Assembly: GCA_050575255.1 (NCBI GenBank)
Contig: JBNZDD010013714.1
Coordinates: forward strand, 6,978,412-7,042,411
Direction: 5' to 3'
DNA: 64,000 nt
DNA from: Harriotta raleighana
Taxonomy: Eukaryota
Every line of letters begins with the position of its first letter. The first letter of the stretch is position 1. Below the pieces are notes generated by a model that did no database searches, was not told the origin of the DNA, and saw only the letters and a list, made by a program, of their open reading frames with translations. Below are positions 26,659 to 37,463 of the stretch, piece by piece. The position numbers and the translations under genes are program-made.

Positions 26659-26782
26659 CGGGAGACAATCGTGTCGCGGGAGATCCCGACGGCGGTCGAG
26701 CTGCTGCTGCCGGACGAACTGGCCAGACACACTGTGTCCGAGGTACCAGGGCCGTCACTGAATCACCCAGTGCAGCAGCTGA
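26659..26782 (+). pseudogene. Histone H2B-like C-terminal fragment, 5'-truncated and frameshifted
   Basis: [28 protein letters not shown] (26659-26742), a 1-nt deletion in the Gly codon, then TRAVTE. It aligns to canonical H2B [35 protein letters not shown] with 25 identities over 34 positions plus the frameshifted Gly (hand count). A possible original stop TGA lies at 26780-26782 if a second 1-nt deletion is allowed. Confidence 0.9.
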
Positions 26783-26883
26783 GGAGCCAGTTGGTTTTGG
26801 AGCCTTTCACTACACTGGGCCTGGTTCCCGCCTTTTTGAATATCGTCGAGGCGGGCGACGAGGACAAGGAGCGGTTGCTGGAC

Positions 26884-27343
26884 TGTTGTTAACTGTTGTT
26901 GTTGCTTTTGCTGCGTTTATTGTTGCTTTTTTTGTTTATTTATTGTTGATATTGTTGTTTGTTGTTGTTGTTCCCTCTGGCCCCCTGACCTTTCCCCTTC
27001 CCCTTTCTTCTTCTTCCCTCCTTCCGNTTGATATTGTTGTTTGTTGTTGTTGTTCCCCCTGGCCCCCTGACCTTTCCCCTTCCCCTTTCTTCTTCTTCCC
27101 TCCTTCCGTTTCCCCCCTTCCCTCCGTCTTCCCTCTTACCCCTTCTTCCCTCTTACTCCCCTTTCTCCCTGATTTTGCACGCCACTCACCTCTTCCCCCT
27201 TGCCCACCTTTCTCCGCCCTTTTCCTCCGTGATTTCCCCCTTGCCCCCCTTTCTCCCCCCTTTTCCTCCCTGTCTTTGCCATACACTGCCTTTCCCTCCG
27301 CCTCCCCCCTTACCCTCTTTTCCCCCTTTCTCCTCCGCTTCCG
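26884..27343. repeat. (TTG)-rich then C/T-rich low-complexity tract
   Basis: TTG runs followed by a polypyrimidine tract. Includes an 81-bp duplication around N27027. Confidence 0.9.
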
Positions 27344-28429
27344 CGACTGTTTGTGGGACACTGCTGTACTTACTTTGGCTGCCGCGTTTCGCCTACAAAT
27401 ATATAGTCGTCTTTTCCTGCTCTCCTTCCTCCTATCCCGATCCCTCCCCTTGCCATCTTTCCCATCTTTCTCCCTTAACCCCACTTTCATTACTGTTTGT
27501 GGGACACTGCTGGGCGCAATTTGGCTGCCGTGTTTTCGCCCACAAATATACAGTCAATTTTTCCTACTTTCCTTCCCCCCGCACCCCGTGCTCTGATCCC
27601 TACTTGACTGTACAGCGCCTTGGAACATCCTCCCAATGCGAAAAGCACTATATAAATGTAATTTTTGATTGATTGAGTGAATGATTGATTGTAATAGAGA
27701 AATACACGCTGATAGTAACACAAAGATTCATGAAAGGTACCAGTAATTGGAGCACCCAATAGAAATTCTAATAGTTTCATATCACCCCCTTGAACATCTT
27801 GGATGTGACATTTGTATCACACTGGATGGAACGCCAGATAGCTTTCTGAAAGTACCTAGTGTTTTTTTTTACTGAAGTATTTTGATCCATTTTGAATGCC
27901 AGGTCTTTAATCTCGTTTGCCAATCTTTGGAGATGACAGCATTGACTAGGGATAGTCACCAGATCACTGCAATGCTATGGACCTGTCCAACTGTTTTCCT
28001 TAGATTCCAGATGAGAATAGAAACATCTATCTTACTGTAACAAAATATTGCAATGCATTTTTAGTCTTTTGTTTTACTTCCAATGTCATTGATCTATAGA
28101 CCAAATGCCAGAGTTCCATCAAGGCAGCAAACTTTGATTGCACTAGCTGTCTCAGCCCATTGGAGCTAATCTGTTTTATCACAGGCTTCTAGAAATGTCA
28201 CAACAGAAAGTGCATAAACCAGCATATGTCAGCCTTCCTGTCTGATGAACAGTATCTCTGAATCAGGGTCACACCAGCATTCTTCATCCATCATGCTTGA
28301 CTGGTACACAGGACTTGTTTGAGGGCAACAAAAATAGGATGAAAGCCCCTTTAAGCTAGTGCTAACAACAGCAACACCTCGGGGCATGATAGAATTGATT
28401 AATATGGGCCCATTGATGAGCTCCTCTCT

Positions 28430-28963
28430 TCTCGATGCCCTCCTCACCGCTCTCCCCTCCACCACAATCCATAAAATCCAACTCATCCAAAACTCTGCCG
28501 CCCGCAAACTCACCCACACCAAACTTCGCTCCCCCATTACCCCAATCCTTGCCAGACTTCACTGGCTCCCTATCCCAGAGAGGATCGACTTCAGGAACCC
28601 CACTCTAGTCTTCAAATCCCTCCACTCCTCTGCACCCCCCTACCTCTCTGACCTCCTCTCTCCTCAAACTAGCTCCCATTGCCTTCACTCCACTGGGTCT
28701 GGCCTCCTCCATGTCTGCTCCGCGCTCGGTGGCCTTCAGCCACTATACTCCGAGGCTCTGGAATTCCCTCCCTCACTACCTTCGCCTCGTCCCCTCTTTT
28801 CTCAGCTTCAGATCCCAGCTGAAGACCTTTCTCTTCGACCGCGTCTTTGGTCACCTTTCTACCCCTCTCCCTGGCTCTGTCCCAGGATCCACTAATGTGA
28901 AGCGCTCTGAGACACCGTCTGGCGTGGAGGGCACTATATAAATCAAAGTTGTTGTTGTTGTTG
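28430..28963 (+). mobile_element. L2 LINE 3' fragment, best-preserved ORF2 C-terminal remnant
   Basis: ALLTALP..IQLIQNSAAR...ITPILARLHWLPIPERIDF...FKSLHSSAPPYLSDLL, then after a frameshift AFSHYTPRLWNSLP...FRSQLKTFLFDRVF. Tail GTGAAGCGCTCTGAGACACCGTCTGGCGTGGAGGGCACTATATAAATCAAAG(TTG)n. Confidence 0.95.
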
Positions 28964-29268
28964 AAGAGCCCAGTGTGTGCGAGGACAATGAATCAGAATC
29001 CTAAAATGTCTGGATGCAACCGTCAAATTTATTTTTCATGAATCCAATATTAATTGCAACCAATGCAAATGTAAAGGCAATGATTTTTTTTACTGTTATT
29101 GGCTCATTCATAATTTCTGTAGCATGCAGAAGGTGGGAGGAATATTCGGGACCACAAGCTACTATCGAAAAACATCAGTTTATTGCAACTTCTATTCTGT
29201 GATGAGAAGAATATTGGATAGTTCGGTGTACAAGGTTGCTATCTAATAAAGGCATTCAGATGATGCCT

Positions 29269-29452
29269 ACAACAACAACAACAACAAAATTACACTTATA
29301 GAGCGCGTTTCACGTCAGGAGGACGTCCCAAGGCGCTGGACAGATTGGTTCAGGACCCGAGCAAGGGAAAATGTTCAGGGCGAGGGGGGGAAAGGTAGAA
29401 GCAAGGAGGGGGTAGAGAGTCGAGAGGGGAGTTGAAGGCACGGTCGAAGAGA
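29269..29452 (-). mobile_element. Young L2 3' end
   Basis: Reverse complement encodes LFDRAFN, then a C-rich UTR and CAGCGCCTTGGGACGTCCTCCTGACGTGAAACGCGCTCTATAAGTGTAATTTTG(TTG)n. Confidence 0.9.
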
Positions 29453-29816
29453 CCTAAACTGTAGAACTGAAGTTAAAGCAGTTTATAAATGTCACCTGAA
29501 GGCCAAACTTAAATTAAAGCCTTCAGAGCACTCCCTGTGTATTTTTCAGATAGTTTTGTTCTGTGGAGTTTTAACATCTTTAATACTGATGGTTAGCAGT
29601 ACTGACTTTTGCGAAAAGTCACTAATTAGCTTTTATTATCAATAAATACACTTCACTCTAGATGAGACCCTGCCATTTAATATGTTTTGCATATCATTTT
29701 CTCCCTTCTTGTACAAACTGCTAAATATATTGGATTCCTTTTGTTCCTTCCACTTGTGGAAGCTCTCATGGGACTGAGATGCCAAATTGTTTGTTTTCAG
29801 AATTGATAAACTGGAA

Positions 29817-29945
29817 TTTGTCGCTCTGCGTAATTGACCTACAGTTTCACCCACAGAGTTCATAATATATTCTGTGACGCGCTTTGAGACGTCTCAATGA
29901 CATGTTAAGACACCATCTTAAATGAAGGATTACTATTATTATTAT
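29817..29945 (+). mobile_element. SINE 3' fragment
   Basis: TATTCTGTGACGCGCTTTGAGACGTCTC...AAATGAAGGATTACTATTATT. Confidence 0.7.
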
Positions 29946-30074
29946 CATTATATACTAAATTGAACGCAGGCAATAATTATTGAATATCATAGAAAGTGTG
30001 AAACTTTAAGCTATAATTGTGAGTTCAATCTGTTAAAGCAAAACTGGAAAATATCTGTTCTTTGGCTTATTATT

Positions 30075-30205
30075 TTGTTCTCAAAATATATAGTCAATTC
30101 TCTTTATAGTACTGTATATACTATGAAGTGCTTTGAGATGCCTTGAAGACATGATAAGGCGCTATATTAAATGATAGGATTCTTATTATTATGATTATTA
30201 TTATT
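30075..30205 (+). mobile_element. SINE 3' fragment
   Basis: CAAAATATATAGTCAATTC...GAAGTGCTTTGAGATG...GGCGCTATATTAAATG...(ATT)n. Confidence 0.75.
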
Positions 30206-33200
30206 AGTTGAGTCACAAACAAGGACTTTTTTTACTTAGTGACTATTTTCAGTTTGCTTATGCTCATTTTGAAACTCATACAAATGCACTTCATTTTAAT
30301 TTTTTATTGGAATTATTACAATATGCCCACATACCAATGTACAGGCTGATTTAACCCACAACAACCTAGGAGTGTGTTGTGAATTAAATTCTCTTTGCCC
30401 ACAAATACAGTCATTCCAAAATTTCCAAACTATGGGAAAGGGTAAAACAACTTGCCAAGAAAACAAGTACACATATTTTAATGAAAGACCTAATTTCCTC
30501 AGAATTAATGTGTGTTAAATTATAAATAATAAAGTTTAGAAATTTACTTTTTGTTTTCAGAATTGTTAGGCTGGAATTGCTTCAAAGAGTAAAGAAGAAT
30601 AGGGCAGCTCACACAACTTTTTTGAGGGTTCGAAATAAGTTGAGCTGGATGCTGGCCTGATTTATGATTAGTTTGCCTCCCGTTAGAAATCTCTGAAAGT
30701 TCATGCCCTCAGTCTGGCAGGAATTTAATTTCCTTTATTCAAATGGCAGGAAAATCTTACTCGTTAAACATTGCTGTCACGTACAACATTGTCTGAGCTT
30801 TCACCCTCTCCATCCTGTGCCACCAGCTGAGAAACATACCAGAGGCCTACTGGCCAGTCAATTAAATATTCACATACAGTGCTTGCTGGTACTGTAGTAT
30901 GGAAATTCCACAGGAAAAAAAAAGCAATTCAGCTCCTACTGCCTTTTCTCTATTGAGAGCAAAGCCCAAATCAATGTGATTTTCCCTTTTCCGTCATTTG
31001 TTGAATTAGATGTGAGAAAACTCAATTCTGAGGCAAATCTGCAGCCTTGCTGTCAGGAAAGAAATGAGGCAGCCAAAAACGATCACAATTTGTTTTTCGC
31101 CCTATAAATTACAGAGAAAAAGAACACTATGCAGCTTGTTAATGGTTACTGCGGCTCATTGTGCCTGCAACTTACTCGTTGTGTTCTCCAGCAGTTGTTT
31201 TTGTTTAAATTTGTAGCTAAACCCATGAGGAATCATTAGTGCAGACTCCATCATATACACTATGAAAGGACAGGCTTTGAACAGTTTATTTTCTCCAGAG
31301 GCCTATGCAAATGTTAGCAGCAACTAACAAAAAAGTGCACCGCATAGAGAAGACAAGACATTGTACTGTGTCATTCAGTACTGCAGATGTTAATTATGGT
31401 TTCAAGGAGGGGGAGAAAAAAAGTAACAAGGGAAACAGCGCATGAATGCCATGTGGAGGAGGCACAAATGGTGCATTTTTTCTGACATGGGGGTAATTTA
31501 ATGACCATTGACTTCCCTTGTAACTGGTAATTTGTGTTAGAGAGCATGGAAATTCTCCGATTACTAGATGACATCGGAAGACCTGTAATAAAGCTGTCAG
31601 CCGATCCTTGCCATATGAAATCATCTCTCAGAATAATTGTCAAAATATTACCAGGCTCCATCTGGATACATCGACAATCAAGTTTTTTTTTTAGTGCTGG
31701 TGGTTCTCCATTCATTTCTTCTTACACAATTTTCTGGACTTTAGTTGCAGGGCTCTAGGTTGTAAAAATGACAGCAGGTACTCAGGGAGTAGAATTTATC
31801 TACTGTGCCAACACTGTGACTGTCTACTGCTATATCACTAGTACCATGAAGTGTGTGTGCGTGTTGGTGGTGGTGGGGGGCAGGAAGAGAAAGAAAATGT
31901 TTGAAATGGTTGGGTTCAAACACAAGCTTATATTTATTCATGATCCATGAACCAGTGTGGTCTATTCCTGTATTATAAGAGTTGTAGAAAGAAGACCAAA
32001 CAGGTCAACGTCAAAGTAAAGCACAATTTAAATCCCTTCAAAAACTGGACTGAGTTTCCTACAGGGCATTATATTGAACTGCCATTTGTTTCGTCCAAGC
32101 TTCGTGTGTAGTAAGTAATAGCAAGGACTTCCCATTGTGCGAGTGTAAGTGAGGGATTATTTTTCAGTTTATTACCCTAATAACGCCTACCATATGCTGT
32201 ATCAATTTGTATCTTTGCTTTATTAAAGTTAAAATTACAGTCATGATTACAAATCAGTGTGTTTCAGCGCTGCGGCTTAAATCATCACGGTGCTCTAATC
32301 AGAGGTTATGGCATGTGCACTATCTGTAAATCTTTAAATTGCAGAAAAATTGCAATGTATAATCTCCATGTTGTGAAGACCATAAACAGACACGGAATTA
32401 GAAATGGTCAATCAGGCCATGCTGTGCCGACTACATACATTTTCCCTTACTACGTTCTCTGTCCCATTTATATTTTAAAAAACTGTCTGTAGACTTCCTC
32501 TGGGCAACCAAAGATAGTCAATGGAAGTTCCACAATGACTATCTACACTGCCATCTCCCTCATTCAATCTTGCCAATTGCTTTCCATAGTCCCAGCAGGC
32601 AATTTTTGTCTCGTGAAACAGGTTAAAGTTGAATTGATGAGGGATAGTTGTCAAATATCGTCTAGAATATGTATTAAGATGCCATAAAAACACAGCTTTG
32701 GTGTTATTTTAAGGTAAAAATACAATAAAATAATCTTCACATAATGATGAATAAGTGAAGGATCCAAATTGCAGGGTGGAAAAACCATTGAAATGTACAC
32801 ATTGGCACAGTAAATATTGCACTTTCTTACAGAGATGTATGAAATGACATATTTTACAGTGGTAGTTTGTATCATTATAGTATTCATGGTTCTACAGTGT
32901 GATTAATTTCCTACATGTATCCAGGCTATCCAATATAACACAAGTTATATGTGTAATCTATCTCAGAATAAATATAGCAATCATGAAATATGATGCTCAA
33001 AGTATTTTATGTTACAGATTTACAGGTATGTTTTCTCAGGTTATTAAGAAACTTGAGGGGAAAAAATTGATAGTTCTGATGTGTTCACAAGCCTAAAAAG
33101 TGTCATCAATCATTGGAACAAAAATGGTTCCTGTATCTTCATTCTTGTGACATGGTAGTGCAGGATATCCCTCTTAAAAAAGCAAGCATTTATTTCATAA

Positions 33201-34079
33201 AACAATGGATGTTTTTTCCCCCCTCCACAGATAGTATCAAGTGCAATTGTAAATCAGCGAATAGAGCTGTTTTTTATATCCCCATGAAATAATTTTCGAG
33301 CACAAGAAATCTATCATCTCATCTATAAGATAAAGGAGTGTGAGAGCTTTTACCTCCCGTTACCTCACCAGCAGCTCCAACCCAAAGCTCCGCAGTCATC
33401 TTCAGTGGCAAACCATTAAATAACAATATAAAATATACATACAAAAGATGTGCTCTGAACATCAGCATTAAAGAATCTGATGAAATGAGTGGAATAAATT
33501 ACTGTCTGTGATGGATAAAGACATACTATCGGGAGAAAACGTGAATGATTGCTCCGCGGTCAGAAGTGCACCACTGTGTACTGTAAATTAAAGTAATTTA
33601 TAAAAGAAAAAGGTCTGGCAAGCATAAACAAAAGGGATGCTTACTCATCAAATGCCAAGGTTTTGGAAACTTGCTGCTCGTTTCTGGCTTTAACCAGACT
33701 ATTACGTGCGCTAAGAACAGAAAAATGTGAACCATTTCTCAGATCTGACCTTTCTCATCTTGCTTTGAGCGCAAACATGTTAAATGCTTTAGAAACGTTT
33801 GAACACAAAACCTCTCAAATCAAATTCTGGTGCTTTTTTGCTCTTCAATATTGTGAGGAATATGGTGGCCACATGTTAACTGCAGAATTTGGGTTTTCAG
33901 AGCAAGGATATAAACAGATGGATTTGAAGTCAGTGCTCAGGTGTTGACTACAATAAATATATGCTACTGAGGAGCTGCATAACTCATGAGCTATGAAGTG
34001 GAAATTGAATTGGATTTTCTGGCTAGATTTAGGCTCGCAGCTTGGTTCACTTCCTAAAAACACACATCACCAAGCCTTT

Positions 34080-34262
34080 AATAATAATAATAACCCTTGC
34101 ATTTGCTATAGCGCTTTTCACATCTTCTAGACATCTCAAAGTGTTCACAGAATATACTGTAAAGTGAATTAACTGTGTATATGTGGGTGAAACGTGGGAG
34201 CCAATTCGGCAGAGTAGTGTCCCACAAACACTCGTGGATTGAAATGACCAATTTTTTTTGTG
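34080..34262 (-). mobile_element. Young SINE 3' half
   Basis: AATAATAATAACCCTTGCATTTGCTATAGCGCTTTTCACATC...GTCCCACAAACACTCGTGGATTGAAATGACCAATTTT. Confidence 0.9.
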
Positions 34263-35183
34263 GTGCACGCACGCACATATTTATTTACAAGCCTATTCAT
34301 TCCCTTTCTGTTAACACCCTGATCACACTTGACCCTGCTTCCACTGCACTCTGCAATCAAATTTCCTTTTTCTGTATGAATCACATCATATAAAAAACAG
34401 CATTAATGATTCAATGCTAGATGGAAGGTCTGTTTGATAACATCAGCTGCCTCCACATAGCTCCGATCACAGCACAGCGGTACAAACCTGTAAATCTAGC
34501 TTTGGCGTCTCGTTTAGCAAGCACAAGCCTGATTAACATAAAATCAGTGATTTCCATTTAAATTGAGAGGAGAACCCCCTTCACCCCTCCAGTCTAGAGT
34601 TCAATAAAAATGTAACTTCTGTGTGTGATTATTAGTGCAGTCTGAGCAGAGCAGGAAATAAATGAGATTATCTCATGTTTGCTTTTTTTGTTTCCTTTCC
34701 TATTTGGGCAGTCAAGCATGCCCTTTTTATTGGAGGGGGAGGGGGAGAAAAGCCTTTGGTATTGCCTGGAGTCAAGTAGACCACTGGGCATCATTGTGCA
34801 GTGATTGCTGTTTGCTTAAAAGAAATCTTGGTGACCCAATGCTCTGACCCAGTATTCCACTTTCTGTACTGCCTAAAGCATCGCTGACAGAAATGTTTTT
34901 TTATATATATTGTTTCGGTTTCATTCATCTCATCATTTGATCAGCCCTGAGCAAAACTGACATCTCATCAAACTGAAAGGTGTGTTTCTNATTTGGGTTT
35001 TCAGAGCAAGGATATAAACAGATGGATTTGAAGTCAGTGCTCAGGTGTTGACTACAATAAATATATGCTACTGAGGAGCTGCATAACTCATGAGCTATGA
35101 AGTGGAAATTGAATTGGATTTTCTGGCTAGATTTAGGCTCGCAGCTTGGTTCACTTCCTAAAAACACACATCACCAAGCCTTT

Positions 35184-35366
35184 AATAATAATAATAACCC
35201 TTGCATTTGCTATAGCGCTTTTCACATCTTCTAGACATCTCAAAGTGTTCACAGAATATACTGTAAAGTGAATTAACTGTGTATATGTGGGTGAAACGTG
35301 GGAGCCAATTCGGCAGAGTAGTGTCCCACAAACACTCGTGGATTGAAATGACCAATTTTTTTTGTG
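35184..35366 (-). mobile_element. Duplicate of the SINE at 34080 (inside the probable artefactual duplication)
   Basis: Same sequence at offset 1104. Confidence 0.85.
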
Positions 35367-36513
35367 GTGCACGCACGCACATATTTATTTACAAGCCTAT
35401 TCATTCCCTTTCTGTTAACACCCTGATCACACTTGACCCTGCTTCCACTGCACTCTGCAATCAAATTTCCTTTTTCTGTATGAATCACATCATATAAAAA
35501 ACAGCATTAATGATTCAATGCTAGATGGAAGGTCTGTTTGATAACATCAGCTGCCTCCACATAGCTCCGATCACAGCACAGCGGTACAAACCTGTAAATC
35601 TAGCTTTGGCGTCTCGTTTAGCAAGCACAAGCCTGATTAACATAAAATCAGTGATTTCCATTTAAATTGAGAGGAGAACCCCCTTCACCCCTCCAGTCTA
35701 GAGTTCAATAAAAATGTAACTTCTGTGTGTGATTATTAGTGCAGTCTGAGCAGAGCAGGAAATAAATGAGATTATCTCATGTTTGCTTTTTTTGTTTCCT
35801 TTCCTATTTGGGCAGTCAAGCATGCCCTTTTTATTGGAGGGGGAGGGGGAGAAAAGCCTTTGGTATTGCCTGGAGTCAAGTAGACCACTGGGCATCATTG
35901 TGCAGTGATTGCTGTTTGCTTAAAAGAAATCTTGGTGACCCAATGCTCTGACCCAGTATTCCACTTTCTGTACTGCCTAAAGCATCGCTGACAGAAATGT
36001 TTTTTTATATATATTGTTTCGGTTTCATTCATCTCATCATTTGATCAGCCCTGAGCAAAACTGACATCTCATCAAACTGAAAGGTGTGTTTCTGCACTAG
36101 ATTCATCAGCTTGTGGCCTTTAAAAGGCCAGCATTTCTGTAATGCAAACATACTTACCCACTCCCCTGCCCATAGATATAGCCGTGACATTTACTCCCCA
36201 GATTTACAATGTTATGTCACTTTTATATCCTATTTTAGGAAGCTACCAGATTGTACCAATCTCATTGTGTGTTTCATTGCAATGATCTGCAATGACCAAC
36301 GAAGGTTTTCTAATGGAAACTGAAAATAATTTGCATTTTCCTTGACAATTTTTAGTCATCCAAGTTAGCCACGCTGTGTGACATAATACATATCTTGCAA
36401 CATCAAGCATTCCCATTTCAGGTACAACATAAGGTAGATTTGTTGGCACTCTTTCCCCCGGGGCAGTAAGCTATGGGTTTGGCACTCATGCTGAGATTTG
36501 AGCTTATATACAG

Positions 36514-36561
36514 CAACAACAAAAATTACATTTGTAGAGCACCTTTTATGTCAGGGGGACG
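36514..36561 (-). mobile_element. L2 tail remnant
   Basis: CAACAACAAAAATTACATTTGTAGAGCACCTTTTATGTCAGGGGGACG. Confidence 0.75.
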
Positions 36562-36573
36562 ATTCTCCAGTAC

Positions 36574-36894
36574 AGTCCTGTAACTCATGTGGAGTCCTGT
36601 AACTCAGTCATTAGAGGACTCGCCTTACAAGCGTGAGACCCGTGTTCGAATCCAGGCAGGTCAGGGCGAAACCTTGGGCAAGTTTCCTCACTCCACACAC
36701 CCAATAATAATCCCTCAAAAAAAACCACAATAATAAAATTTGTCATTTCAATTCACAACTGCTGTGCTCAATTTGCCTGCCACGTTTTGCCCACAAATAG
36801 ACAGTGAATTCACTTTACAGTACATTCTGTGAAGTGCTTTGAGACAACTAGAAGATGTGGAAAAAGTGCTATATCAAAAGCAAGGATTATTATT
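36574..36894 (+). mobile_element. Young tRNA-derived SINE, full length
   Basis: GGAGTCCTGTAACTCAGTCATTAGAGGACTCGCCTTACAAGCGTGAGACCCGTGTTCGAATCC (B box GTTCGAATCC), then CCTTGGGCAAGTTTCCTCACTCC, body, and a tail ending GGATTATTATT. Confidence 0.92.
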
Positions 36895-36939
36895 AATATT
36901 ATTGTTATGGTACTGGGGGAATTTTGGCCTTGTCAGACA

Positions 36940-37463
36940 TGCTGCCTTTCAGGTGAAACTTTTGAACCAAGATCCCAAAGTGGATATGAAAGATCCCATG
37001 AACCTTGTGCTGGTCAAAAAATACTCCAGATGAATGTATTATTATTTCTGTGTTGCCACCCAAAATGATTTGAATTGAGACTTNGAAAGGTGAAACTTTT
37101 GAACCAAGGTCCCAAAGTGGACATGAAAGATCCCATGAACCTTGTGCTGGTCAAAAAATACTCCAGATTAATGTATTATTATTTCTGTGTTGCCACCCAA
37201 AATGATTTGAATTGAGACTTTTTAAATCAGGCATCATAACTGAACTATAGATTTTCTCAATTTTTTTAAATNTGCCTTTCAGGTGAAACTTTTGAACCAA
37301 GATCCCAAAGTGGATATGAAAGATCCCATGAACCTTGTGCTGGTCAAAAAATACTCCAGATGAATGTATTATTATTTCTGTGTTGCCACCCAAAATGATT
37401 TGAATTGAGACTTTTTAAATCAGGCATCATTACTGAACTATAGATTTTCTCAATTTTTTTAAA
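36940..37463 (+). other. Deu-core remnant present three times around N37084 and N37272 (probable artefactual triplication)
   Basis: TGCCTTTCAGGTGAAACTTTTGAACCAAGATCCC...GTGGATATGAAAGATCCCATG is repeated at ~36943, ~37088 and ~37273 with a few differences. Confidence 0.75.

Larger units (their letters stand above)
26653..27691 (+). mobile_element. Composite retroposed insert: H2B-like fragment, low-complexity tract, two SINE core segments, L2-type tail
   Basis: Abrupt GC/CpG-rich block. SINE core segments lie at 27344-27408 and 27492-27559. L2 tail CAGCGCCTTGGAACATCCTCCCAATGCGAAAAGCACTATATAAATGTAATTTTT at 27613-27666 is followed by (GATT)-like repeats. Treating it as a single unit is inference. 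Confidence 0.55.
33887..36093. other. 1103-bp near-perfect tandem duplication around single N34990 (probable assembly artefact)
   Basis: 33887-34989 is repeated at 34991-36093. The ORF track repeats identically at offset 1104. Confidence 0.9.

Noticed and set aside
26789-26804. AGTTGGTTTTGGAGCC as a degenerate histone 3' stem-loop
   Set aside because: About 10/16 matches to GGCTCTTTTCAGAGCC, but the stem cannot pair at half of its positions.
26808-26834. HYTGPGSRL resembling the YxGPG calcium loop of parvoviral-type PLA2
   Set aside because: No downstream HDxxY catalytic motif is visible, and so short a match is likely chance.
26490-27672. Long ORFs of 368, 214 and 184 aa
   Set aside because: They run through TTG and polypyrimidine low-complexity sequence that lacks stops by composition, and they cross or abut an N join and SINE pieces. 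Only the H2B-like segment has recognisable homology.
32395-32640. Possible very old reverse CR1 remnant
   Set aside because: Only scattered resemblance; too decayed to call by eye.
33887-36093. 1.1-kb tandem duplication as a biological enhancer duplication
   Set aside because: The copies appear identical and are joined by a single N, the same pattern as nine other joins.
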